Notes: generated from the sequence alone by a model not told the origin. A DNA stretch of 64,000 nucleotides from Lama glama (GCA_028534125.1 CM052817.1:15378001-15442000), one strand, 5' to 3'. Positions 40,580 through 52,405 are shown, numbered from the stretch's first letter. Translations and numbers: made by a program.

Positions 40580-41020
40580 GCACTGCATAGCGGATGAGTG
40601 TGTATTTTTGGAATCAGAAATTCTGGTTCCAATCCTGTCCAACCCAAGATAGCAATTACTTGGGCCTGTTACATAACCTTTAAATAAGATGCAAGTGACT
40701 CATCTATGAAATGGAGATGATATTACCTACCTTAAACAACTGTAAAAACTGAAAAAAAAATACAGGAAACTTTACCCAGTATCTGACATGTAGCAAGTAG
40801 TTAAAATATGATTAATGTTACTCTGACATCAGTATATATTCACGGTACCTTTAGAGTTTACAGAGTGCACTCAAAGATTATTTTCATTTACTTAATTTTC
40901 ACCACAACCTATTTGTTTAAGTATAATTATTCTTACATCATAGATGAGGAAACCAGAGTTCAAAGATCAGTGACAAACAGCAGACTACAATTTAGAAGGT
41001 GGAAAAGAGGGAACTGAGTT
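40580..41020. mobile_element. Tail-to-tail MIR pair (+ about 40580-40820; - about 40830-41020)
   Basis: ctcatctatgaaatggagatgat and tagatgaggaaaccagag cores in opposite orientation. Confidence 0.7.
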
Positions 41021-41072
41021 CTGATTTTTCATGGCTATATCAGGCCATGTTCTTCTCAGTGTATCAAAGCTG

Positions 41073-41125
41073 AGCCTGTGTGGATGATGACTAAAGAGAA
41101 AAAGCCTGTGTGGATGATGATTAAA
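41073..41125. repeat. Tandem duplication with 30-bp period
   Basis: agcctgtgtggatgatgactaaa (41073-41095) and agcctgtgtggatgatgattaaa (41103-41125). Confidence 0.9.
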
Positions 41126-42822
41126 AAAGAGACAAAAACAGCTTCATGTTAGAGTTGATCCTTGTCTTTCCTAGCCTTTATTCTTTTCATTGACAAAGTT
41201 AAAGCCTGATTCACAGTAAAAGGTAGTCATGGACCTCTTTAAAGTATTAATGCAAGAGCTTTTAGTAAATTATTGTTATTTAAAATTCTTTCTATGTACC
41301 TCCAGGATGTGTAATAGCTTGCCTCACTTACGTTTTTTTCTTATTCATTCATTCTCAGTGGACAGAATTTCTAATTCACTCAGTCTCTCCTGACACATTG
41401 TACTTGGCAGGTAATTTGTAATAAGTTTTAATTTTGAAAATGAACATTTGTCATTTGGGACTGTCATTTAGATAGTTTTAAAAACACTGAACCTGCTGTG
41501 TAAACATCTGGAAAACTTGATGATAGGGGATTGTTTGCTGCAGTCAACAAGTCTACCAAGTAAATGACAGAATCAGACTTGGAAAGGTCTGTTGTCAGAG
41601 ATCACCAATAATGGTGATTTGTCTAAGAAGAGATGTCAGTTGAAGTAAAGAAGAAAGGAGTCATGGCAAGTGCATTAGCCATTGTAGGCTGGTTGCTAAT
41701 TGATGCTTTAAAACTATGATCCAGTGTACTTTTAACTATGAAATCTGTACACATCAACTCATACCCATGTGAAGACAGGCATCTGTGGTAAATTTAGAGA
41801 TGAGAAAATTAATGCAAAGTGCCATACTTCAAAGGTAGCTCCTTTAGGAATTGTCAAATGCCAGTCAGGCACTTGTATAAATCAGCTTTCATGTGAAGGC
41901 TGGAAGACCAGGAACAAGTTTCTAAGAATTTAGTCCACAGGTTGTCTAGTAATAAGTGCAGATAATCAGAGAAGTAACATGAAGAAGAATTATGATTGTC
42001 ATTTTAAAATATGATAATCTATTCTTCTTTAAATAATAATTAACATCACAGGACCTAAAGCCTTCTTGTTCACATTCTTCTCTGATAAGTTTCATTTTTA
42101 AGAAGGCTGAAAACTTCCTAGAGATTCTCAAGGGAGACTCTAGACTTGAAATACATAAGTATCAGAGACTAGTTTTTATAGTCATAGAAACAGGTCAAGG
42201 ATGCCTCTTGCATTCTGGGGCTTTCTTTGAAAAAGGAGATTAGGTGGGATCCAGAATCTTATAGGAGAAGGTCTAATATGTCCCCATAGGATAAACTAGA
42301 CATATCTAAACTATAACTGCTGTTAAGTGTGGAGAGAGACAAACATATGAACAGAAAATTTAAAAATTGCAATATATAAGTGCTTTTGCAGGGGCACAAT
42401 TAAGTGCTGAGAAAGCACTGCGGACAGAGAGCATCTGCTGAGCAGAATGACAGTCTTCACTGAGAAGCTGATGTTCTTGCTTGATTGGGAAGGAAGCAGG
42501 GGAATTCTCCTGGTGAAGGGGTTTTCTGGGACAGTGGGTAGCACACACAGAAGCAGTAGGTGACATCTGAGGAATGGGGAGGTTTTCTCTGGACGTGAAT
42601 CCAGGGGAATTACTGTGTCTCCAATAGTTCCTTAGTGGTCAATAAAACTGAATCAAAACTCAAGGGAATCAGTGACTTAAGGGAATTTTTCACTAGTTCT
42701 TCTCAGTGTGTGTGTGTGTGTCTCTTATGACATGAGATGTGGAGAGAAAAAGAACCTTGAGTTTTCAGTTGTCCAACATAAACTGAATGAAAAGTTGATT
42801 TTAGTTTACATGGTAATTCCAC

Positions 42823-42926
42823 CTGATTGGCCATGTCTTCCCGGAGCACGTCACTGAGGATTCTGATCATTTCTGACGTCAACAGAAGGAAACACTGTGA
42901 TCAATTAGTGTCATGGTAATGACACT
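42823..42926. promoter_or_regulatory. Candidate cis-regulatory module (NF-Y, GAS-like, CRE half and full sites)
   Basis: CTGATTGGCC 42823-32, TTCCCGGAG 42838-46, CACGTCA 42847-53, TGACGTCA 42874-81, 8-bp inverted repeat 42907-26; retained CpGs. Confidence 0.45.
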
Positions 42927-45900
42927 CAGGCCAGGTTTTCTCACACATGGTTTAAATATTCCAGGGCATCTCCGAATAGTTTTAAGAAAAGCATCAAAGA
43001 CACAGACAATTTAGTAATAAACATGTTATATCGAACGTTTCTTTTTCAATGATCCAAGGTTTTTCCAAACTTGAGCCATGAAACTGAAACAGAAACCCAT
43101 ACTTCGTACTCCAGGAGGGGACTTGATGCCAAAAGATTATGTAAGCATCACTAATGTGCTTACGTGGGAAGATATTGCTGCCAATTATATTTCTCTCCTG
43201 ACTATACTACTCATTCTTAAGATGATGTCACTGCGTGTACGTGTGTATGTGTATGTGTATCTTATGACATGAGATCTGGAGAGAAAAAGGAAAGATCCAG
43301 ATTGATTTCAGTAGGAGCTTTGGCATCACACGCCACTTACCTGAATCATTTTTAAATCAGACTGTCCTTCCTTCTTATGATTCAGTCAAACAGCTAAACA
43401 GCGAAGTGCATTTTGTCAATGCCATGGATATTCTCAAAGCCTTATAAAAATGCTCTAGGCTCATGGAGGCTGAATTAAAAGATATTCACTTGCGGTGGCT
43501 TTAAACCACACAGGATGACTCATCATATCGGTTACATCCACTTGTGCTGAAATTTGTCTTGAGTAACTATTGTGTTAAGTGCTTTCCATAAGTAGCATTC
43601 ATGCAAATCTTTTTTTTTTTTTTCCTGATCATTAAGGCACTTTAACACAAACGGGTAGAACTCTGTCTCATAACCACATCCTGGGTTTGTTTCTCTATAG
43701 GAAGATTGCTTTGTGCCTGAAGGCTATACAGGATATTTCAAGACTTGAGCAAATGATTAAAATTACCCACATTTTTTCCCCCTGGCAACCCAAGCCTTAT
43801 GCTTTTACCTGTCATTCAATGCTTCCAAATGCTAAAGAAAAGAGCTGAGACTAAGTAGAAACCTTGTCACATGACCTCACCTTCCTCCCTAATCTCCTTT
43901 TTAAGGGCTCCTGCAATTGTCACTTACATTAAACTTCTGTACTTAGGCTGCAGGTAGAGAAATGCTCTTTTGTAGAGAGTTTAATTTCTGTTACAGGTCA
44001 GAAAACAAAGATTTTGCCAAACATCGGACTATTTTCTCGAGTATTTTCTTGCCAGTATTCTCTAAACATAGGAAGAAAGCCAGAAAGCAATGCAATCTTT
44101 GAAATGTTAGTATAATATAGAAATTCCTTTAAGAAAATGAGCAACTTGGCTCTCAGGCTGTTTTGGAATCCAGAGTTTAAGAATTTAATGGCATCGATAC
44201 CTGTGATGTCTGGAGGGAATCAGAAGAAAGTGGTAGCAACACAATGCAAACTACAAACATTTATTTAGCACCGATAGTCCAGGCATCGTCCAGTGAGAAT
44301 AATTTATGCACCAGTGATTTTAACAGAAATACAGTCTCAGTATAGTTGGAAAGATTGAAGGGCAGTTCAGAGAAGGATGAAACAGAAGGAATAGAATGTT
44401 CTCATGTCTCATCGTTTTCAAGTCTATTTTGACAACATAAATATAGACACAGCACAGTGTAGAGAAATAAATAGGAACTTTGGAACAAGTGTGTCTTCAG
44501 ATAATTTCCTGTCTGTGTGATCTTGGGCTGGGAAATGGCTAGACAATAATCAGAGGGTATTTTCTATGTCTCCTAGAAATAGAGTTTATTGCTAAATAAA
44601 GAGTTAGACTGTAGAAGATATCAGAATTTAATTGAAAATGTGGGCCACATTTTACTTTAAAAATAGATCTTGTTAAATTATAAAATCTACTGTCATTTTC
44701 TTTGAATTTTTTTTGGTAAGGATTGTGAATCTCTTTAATTTCTCTAATCTTGCTTGATCACAAAACTATTGCATACTTTTCTTGAGATGTTCAGAAAATA
44801 TAGAAAATCTCAAAGACAGAAATTAAAGTAATCCATAATCCTACCAACCCACTACCCAGACTTAGTCACTGTTAATGTTTTTGAAGCACTTTCTTCCAGA
44901 ATTTTTTCATAACCTAAGTTATTTTCATAAAATCCACCATATCATTATGATGTGCTGTACAACCTGATTTTTATCAGTGGAAGTATTCATGCATATAATT
45001 TATTTAACCGATCCCATATAGTTGACTATTACTATTTTTTTTAACTTTCACCAATATTATAATTCTTCATGAAAGGAAGATTGAAGTAAGCATGGGCAAT
45101 CAAGATGAGGAACCAGTTCGATAGTCTCTATAGAAAGGATTACAAACGGACTTCATAAAATCTTCAACTAATAGCAATATATTTGAGATCAAGGTCCTTG
45201 CCCTATATTTTGTACCTCTGCAATGAATACTACAGGCCAGGTGGCCGTGGAGAAGCTGATCTAAATTACTTAGAAACATCAGAAGGAAAATTACAGAATA
45301 TGAAATGAACTGCTTAGCAGGCACAAAGCTAAACATCGTTAGGGATTAATGTGCCCCCATGCTGAAAATATGCCAAGGATTTTACTTTGAAATTAGAATA
45401 AAATCTGTGTCTTAATAGGGGCAATGATAATATTGTTATTAATAATGATGATGTAGGAACAGCTACTGAGGGCTTTTTATGTGTAAGGCATTGTACTCTG
45501 TATGCATCAACCTACCTATTAGAACCTATTATTTTTCTCCTGGGGTGCTAGGAATTCTCTGTGTCCGGATCATCTGTCTTTCAGGGTTCACATCACATGT
45601 TGCCACTCTTTACTGTAGACACTTTTTATTATGAGATCCTGGCATATCTTCTTCAAAGTACTTATCATAAATGCTGCCACTTTCCTCCCTAATTTGTTTG
45701 CTTATTGCCTACTTGCTTTACCAAAATCAAACCTCCATAAAGGCATGGATTTTACCAGTTTTGCTTATTACCGTGTCCTCAGCACCTAGAACAATATCTG
45801 GTAACTAGCTGGTGATCCTGTTGAAAGAAAGAATGCATGGAGTAAAGGGCTTGCTGTCTGTCCTCAAAAACGTGACAGCCCAGTCAATTCTAGAACTACA

Positions 45901-46089
45901 AGAGTTGTGTTCAGTAAATAGGTGTTTTTGAGAGTCTCTAAGAACTGTAGTTCTATGGAAGCAAAGGTGAGATGGAGTTCGCACCCACCTGTGGGTGCTT
46001 AGAAAAGAACCCAGGCAGAGGCCATGATTCAGCAGGGCCTTGGACATACAGATTGCTTGAAAAAGTCTCTGACTTTGTCCCAGTCATTT

Positions 46090-46720
46090 AATCCCAGCCC
46101 CGGTGATTCAAGAAATGAAAGCGAGCCCCTTCAAAGGAATAGCTAAGTAACCCCAGAGCCCTGATAAAAACGCATCAAATGAGATGATAACGCCCCACAT
46201 TGATCACCTCAGAAAGCCTGACTGAAGATGTTTATCCTAATCCTCCAATCCGGACACTTCCTGAGATATGGTCGGGAGGGCTAATTACTCCAATACATAA
46301 AAATGGAAATGCTCTCAACCCAAACAGCCAGAGAGATCCACATGAGCAGCAACAGCAGTAAACCCTGGAGCTGCATCCTTGGTGAAAGAATAAAGCAATG
46401 TCGGACCAGTGACAGCAACATCCATAAAAGCCAAATTGGATTCCTCCCTTGAAAATGAGCCACAGACTTCATCTCTCCCCCGATTGCTGCATATTAACAA
46501 ACATGTAAAAAAAATCCAACCAGGAGAAGAGATTTTCCTTGCTTTATTAGACTTTAAAATCGCCCTGGACTCAATCTGGCACCAGAAGTGAATCCACAAC
46601 GGCTACAAAGGGAATGGACAGAAAAACAAATGACGTAGTTAAGTTTCCATATCAATCCATCAATTGAAGGATGGAAATGAGCAGAAATGGATGTCTTCGA
46701 GCGGGAAAGTGAGACAAGGA
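46090..46720 (+). mobile_element. Ancient non-L1 LINE reverse-transcriptase fossil (RTE-X-like, L4/L5 type)
   Basis: Frameshifted translation SPDKNASNEMI..LKMFILILQSGHF/PEIWSGGLITPIHKNGNALNPNS/REIHMSSN..SQIGFLP../INKHV..IFLALLDFKIALDSIWH..GMDRKTNDVVK..GKVRQG gives non-LTR RT motifs in the expected order. Confidence 0.8.
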
Positions 46721-47398
46721 CTCACATTTCATAGCTTAATAGAGACTAGGATGAGTTACTCCCAGGGCTGGAGCTGTGCCCGAGCTCAGGGCCTCTGATA
46801 AACCAAAGAGCCGCTGCCTCTTGAGACTGCACACCGGGCTGGATTTCTCTGTGGCATTTAGATCATTCATGTGGGGACTAAAAGAAAGAGGTTAGTCACA
46901 CATTAGTGACCAAACTCTCTAGATCCATCTGCATAGCAGGTATTAGGCTGTTTTATTGATGATGGTCTGATAGAGTCATGATTGATAATAACATACAATA
47001 TGGAAAACAATGTGCCTAGTTGATCATTCAAATGTGAATGACAAGGAATACAAGATTGCACGGTACTTCATTCAATTTTTTTTTCTGTTACCAGAAATAT
47101 ATGGCATCATGCTAGCTCTGAAAGGGCATACAACCTTTTAGACAAGAAGACTACAGATGTGAAAATTTTTCTTAATAATCTTCTTAATCTTCTTAACAAA
47201 CCAATCCTTGATGTTTCTGTGGAATTCCTCCAACATCTTTCTCCAAACCAAGAATAGCACTGGAGCATAAAAAGCAGCCTACTTCACTTGAACCTGATGG
47301 AATAGCACTGACATATCTTAGCTTAAATTCAAAGTTGCACGAAACCTGCAAGGAACTATGATGTCACTGGTGTGTCAAAGATTAGACCACAGATTCTT

Positions 47399-47460
47399 TT
47401 TTTTTTTTTCATTTTTTTAAAAATTGAAGTGTAGTCAGTTTACGATGTTGTGTCAATTTG
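47399..47460 (-). mobile_element. Extremely truncated (62 bp) L1 3' tip
   Basis: Poly-T then attgaagtgtagtcagtttacgatgttgtgtcaattt; TSD gaccacagattctt (47385-98) / gaccacaggttctt (47461-74). Confidence 0.85.
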
Positions 47461-47739
47461 GACCACAGGTTCTTATTTATGTCCCTTAATGCCTTGTAAT
47501 TTAAAGAAGGGTTTTTAAAAAGCTGGATTCAATTATAACAACTGTCCCATAGTCACAATGTATAATTAATATGTTTCTAGCTACCTTATGCTTCTCCTTC
47601 CTGGATAAATGTTTTCATGGAGACAATTTTTTTTTCTATATAGCTCTGATTTGTTTTTAATGACCACTTACATTTCAGCCTATACGCCTTTACCTCAGTG
47701 TGCTTCCAATGACATCTAAGAGGAAACACTGCCCAAGCA

Positions 47740-48220
47740 ACATGAATTCAATTAAAAAAAAAAGTGAGCTCCTACTATCTGCTGGGTACTGCAAGGAATA
47801 AGTAGGCAAGTTTCCTGTTCTCATGGAAGTGATGTTCTAGTAGGGGAGAGCCAGAAATCAAACAACTAAATAAGTAAATAAACGAGAAGAGCTTCACACA
47901 GTGATAAGTGCTTGGTTCAAACACAGAACATGTGGCTTGTTAGAAAACGATCAGATGACTGTTTTTTTATGAATGGTCAAAGGAGACTCCTCTAAGAAGC
48001 TGACATTAAGATCTGAATTGTCCAGTGGATTGAGCCATCTTCAGAGGAAGGATAAGAGCATTTAAGGATGAGGGAAGGCAGGTATAAAGACCAAAAAGAG
48101 GGCTAGACTTGGATTCTTGTAGAAAAGAAAAAAAAAATCAAGTAAGAGAAGGAAAAATGGTGTGAGAGAGTTAAGGATTTAGACAGAGACTTAAACAGGG
48201 ATCATTCAGGGCTTTGTTCA
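47740..48220 (-). mobile_element. L2 fragment
   Basis: gagctcctactatctgctgggtactg...cctgttctcatggaagtgatgttctagtagggg. Confidence 0.7.
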
Positions 48221-49364
48221 TCTGAGATAATATAATATCTGATGGTGTGAATTTGTACTTATTAACATAAAAGTATGTCTGCAGCATATTGTTAGATGAA
48301 AAGGTAAATTAAATAGCAGTATATATTCTGTTAAAAGAAAAAAAATATATATTTACATATACATGCAATATGTGCATAGAAAAACATGGAAAGAAATACA
48401 CAAAACTATTTCTATTGGCCCTTTTTTAATAAGTACATGTAACATTTATCATTTAAAAATAGCAACAATATATTTATAGTATATTTCCATTGGGGGGAAA
48501 TAGATATTCAGTACCTACATTTTTACCTTCACTAGCCATGGCTTTGTTTAAACTATTTTTGCAAACTTTTGAATATTTAGGTGCGAGTTATTTGTCAGGT
48601 TAGGTTTTCCTAACTGCTGTGTGTCTGCTAAGTAGTTAATAATTTATCAATTTACAACAAATCCCTCACAAGCAGACTTTAAATACAGAGTACCAACCAA
48701 ACACCCTCTGACAAGACTCTTTAGTGATATTTAATAGTAGGAAATGAGCTCTACACTTTCATCTCTTTGGTATAACATCTTGTATTGTCATCAATGGAGT
48801 TTTTTCACAAAACAGGGGCACCAAAAATTATAATCTGTGGACACTTGCACTTTGGTCCAGCAGCTTAAACCATAACTAATTGTTTCTCCAACATCGTCAA
48901 ATCACACTAAAAGATCAGATCATACAGAAATAGACAGAAGAGTACACATTTTAGCTATTTTAATTACAAAATAAAAATATTCCTGATACTCTACCAAAGT
49001 TCTTGTAATTATTTACTATGTGATTGCAAATCATTTTCTTAGATGCCTTTCATTGATTCATCATTACATATTTTCCTATCTTCCCTTCATCTTTTTACTC
49101 CTTCTTTACTGCTTCCTTCTTTCTTTCCATCTTTATTAATTGTATTCAACCTTTTATTTGTTGATTTGGTAGTTATTGAGTCCTATAATGCACCAGATAT
49201 AGCTAAATGCCTATGATATGAAATGAGTATGACAAAAATGATTTTTCAAGGGACCTAGAGCCTGCCTAATGGGAAAGACAGAAACATAAAGATGTAAAAA
49301 CAACCATAGTGATGGTGTGATTTTTAATGTTGACAATGTTGATTGTTTAAAAAGATAAAATAGG

Positions 49365-50340
49365 GATATTTTATTTATTTTATTTTTAATTGAATGGAAG
49401 ATTCTTTAAATTTTATACAATAGCACATTAAAATTTTCAAAAGTTTCACATACTTGATTTCATATAATCCCATAATAACCCTTTCTGCTTACCTCTATGT
49501 TGCCGTCCCCTCTTCCCTCCTCCCTCTGTATCTGTGAGTCTGCTTCTTTTTTGTTTTATTCAATAGTTTGTTGTATTTTTTAGATTCCACACAGAAGTGG
49601 TATCATACAGTGTTTGTTATTCTCTGTCTGACTTATTTCACTTAGCATAATGCTCTCCAAGTCCATCCATGTCACTGCAAATAGCAAAATTTGCTTCCAT
49701 ATCCTGGCAATTGTAAATAATGTTGCTCTGAACATTGGAGTGCATGTATCTTTTTGAATTAGTGTTTTTCTTTTCTTCGGATACGTACCCAGGAGTGGAA
49801 TTGCTGGGTCATATGGTAGTTCTATATTTAGTTTTTTGAGAAATCTCCTTACTGTTTTCCACAGTGGCTGCGCTAATTTACATTCCCACCAACAGTGTTC
49901 GAGTGTTCCCTTTTCTCCACATCCTCGCCAACATTTGTTATTTGTGTTCTTTTTGATGATAGTCATTCTGACAGGTGTGTAGTGGTATCTCATTGTGGTT
50001 TAGAAATTTGCATTTCCCTAATGATTAGTGATGTTGAACATCTTTTCATGTGCCTATTGGCCATCTGCATTTCCTCTTTGGAAAAATGTCTATTTAGTTC
50101 TTCTGCTCATTTTAAAATCAGGCTGTTTGTTTGATGTTGAATTTTATGAGCTGTTTATGTATATTGGACATTAACCCCTTATCAGTCATATAATTTGCAA
50201 ATATCTTCTCCCATTCAGTAGTTTGTCTATTTATTTTGTTGGTGGTTTCCTTTGCTGTGCAAACACTTTTAAGTTTGATTAGGTCCCATTTATTTATTTT
50301 TGCTTTTGTTTCCTTTGCCTTAGCAGATGGATGAAGAATA
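49365..50340 (-). mobile_element. 5'-truncated L1: ORF2 C-terminal fragment (CCHC knuckle) and 3'UTR, non-functional
   Basis: ORFs 49580-49993 ([41 protein letters not shown]) and part of 50118-50612 ([20 protein letters not shown]) are L1 ORF2 sequence. Confidence 0.95.
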
Positions 50341-51424
50341 ATTTTCTTCTGTGGACCTGCATCTTTAGAACTATGGTCAGTATGCCTTGGATTAAGGAAA
50401 GTTGGTACAAAAATTTGGGAAGCTCTTTTGGGATGGAGCCTGCTTGATATCTGAAAGGTTGAATGGACATCATCCAGGCAGAGGTGTGGCATGGACCAGG
50501 GGCAGGAGAGGAAGGGACCCTTAATATAGAGCAGCAGACCCAGCAAAGGTAGAGGACTGAGGAATAACCTGGCACCTTCAGAGACTACTTGCACACAGAA
50601 CAGCTGAAGCAAAGTGAAGATTTAAAGATTGGTGGGATGAAGCTAAAGAGAGTGTTAGAAGTAATTCCCAAGGCTAGGCGGGGTTTCTCTGAAACATATA
50701 ATGATCTCAGTTTCTTCTCATAGGTCCTGCCGCCCCATGTCAGGGTGCTCCAAGCTACCTCGTTGCTGCTGCTCTCATAACTGGAGAGTGAGTCACAAAG
50801 TCTTGTAACTGGGTAGTCAGATATTCAGGTTTATCAATCAATATTGCAGAAGCCTTTGGTACCAGGAGATTTATAGAATGGTACCTGAAGCTTATTTCTC
50901 TCAAGGCCTTAGTCTCAGGCTCAGACTCAGGCAAGACCCCAACTTTTAGGAGACTTCTTCTCTGGTTTTCCTTTGGTCACACTCCATTTGTGTGGTGAGG
51001 TATCCACAGGACCTAAAGAATATGACTACACGGGGGTCCATGTATCAGCATCCATCCTCAAAAAAAAAAAAATCATAGGGACCTCTAATCCTGAAATTTC
51101 CTTCCCAAGAGGTACTCAATCCTTGTTTCAGGGTACACATGTGCGGTTCCTAAGAGGTGTCCAAGAGGCAGCCATTTGAAAGAGAGGGGGCTGGATAAGG
51201 TCAATGTAGATAAAGCTTAGAGATATATCTGAGTTGTCAGTATGTAAGCATCACTACCTGTATATGATGGAGCTAGGTTAGGAAAAGAAAGGGCAGATTG
51301 TATCTGGAACAGAGGCCAGTGATGAATTCTGGTACAGAATTCAAAGGCATCCATGACCTATACATTTGAACCTGAACTTAGAGGTTATTATGCAGGTGTG
51401 TCCATCAAAGAAGGAAGATCGTTT

Positions 51425-51616
51425 CAGTGGTGCACAAGAGCTAGCGCATAAAGCCTTGAGAGTGCTTCACATCGCTTCCCAATCCCACGTTCATTGGTTG
51501 CTTGAAACTAGCCATAGGGAAATAGTTTATAACATAGAAATCTACAAGTGTTACAAATCAGCATCCCCACTCTTCTTCAGAGTCCCAGTTGTTAAACATG
51601 TATCCTCATGCCACTG
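51425..51616. mobile_element. MER63A-like hAT-Blackjack MITE
   Basis: TIRs cagtgg...ccactg; internal cttcccaatcccacgttcattggttgcttgaaactagccat and cagttgttaaacat. Confidence 0.75.
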
Positions 51617-52221
51617 CATTAAGGACGCTTTATTTAATGGCTTGTGATTTTAATGAATAACTTTTGAACTTTTTTTTATGTGGGATATGTAGCGCTCTAT
51701 TTATACTCTGCAAATGTTAGGAGTACAATTGTCCAAGGTTAGGTTGGGTTGTGGCATAGCCGCTTAAATTCACTAGGACACGTATGATCCTCTCCCACTA
51801 GCCAAAAAGGAGTGAATATTCTCTTCTGGTCTATTCAGTGGTCACAAATCAATAATAATATGCATGCTCCTTTTCTTCTATATCTGTGTGAACTGAGAGG
51901 CTGAATGATCACATTTTGTCTTTATGGGTTTAGACTCCTTATCCTTTTGAGAAATGAACAAGAAGGTGCCCTTTTGAACTCTCTGGAGCTCAGAGGTAAC
52001 AGGGCCAGGTTGTAGGGCTTTAAGGCATATCGTACACCATGGTAAGGAACTTGTTTTGTAGGAAACATTCTGGAAGCTCCATAATATAGTTTTGACATCT
52101 CCCAGGCCATCGTATATGACTCATATTTCTATTTTGGGCTCTAGGAAAGGTGTTTTTCGTTTTTTGTTGTTTTACTAATATCTTGAAATACAAGTCTAAC
52201 TAAATCTAGGATGAACTGCCT

Positions 52222-52405
52222 AAAGCTGGTTTTCCATATTTAAGAAGTGTATTTAAAATGCCTGGGAAAATGATTTAAAAATGATAATTCTCCTCTTTGA
52301 GTCCTAGAGATTCTGACTCAGCAGATATGTATTGAGTGAGGTCCAGAAATATGAATTTTTAATAAATGTCCCAGTTGTTTCTGATGAACATGGTCTATGG
52401 ATAGT
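52222..52405. mobile_element. MER5-type hAT-Charlie MITE
   Basis: agagattctgactcagcagat...gtccagaaatatgaatttttaataaatgtcccagttgtttctgatg. Confidence 0.7.

Noticed and set aside
41083..41200. Possible C/D-box snoRNA (GATGATGA box C-like)
   Set aside because: No terminal stem or convincing box D arrangement; explained by the local duplication
42823..42881. MHC class II-type S-X-Y module
   Set aside because: The order and orientation of Y box and CRE are wrong and there is no clear RFX X1 box
45891..45955. 10-bp inverted repeat tagaactaca/tgtagttcta as a miRNA hairpin or MITE
   Set aside because: Stem too short, interior unpaired, no TSD, and no match to a mature miRNA I know
49580..50612. 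137-aa and 164-aa ORFs as host genes
   Set aside because: L1 ORF2 remnants; the N-terminal part of the 164-aa ORF is read-in from unrelated flank
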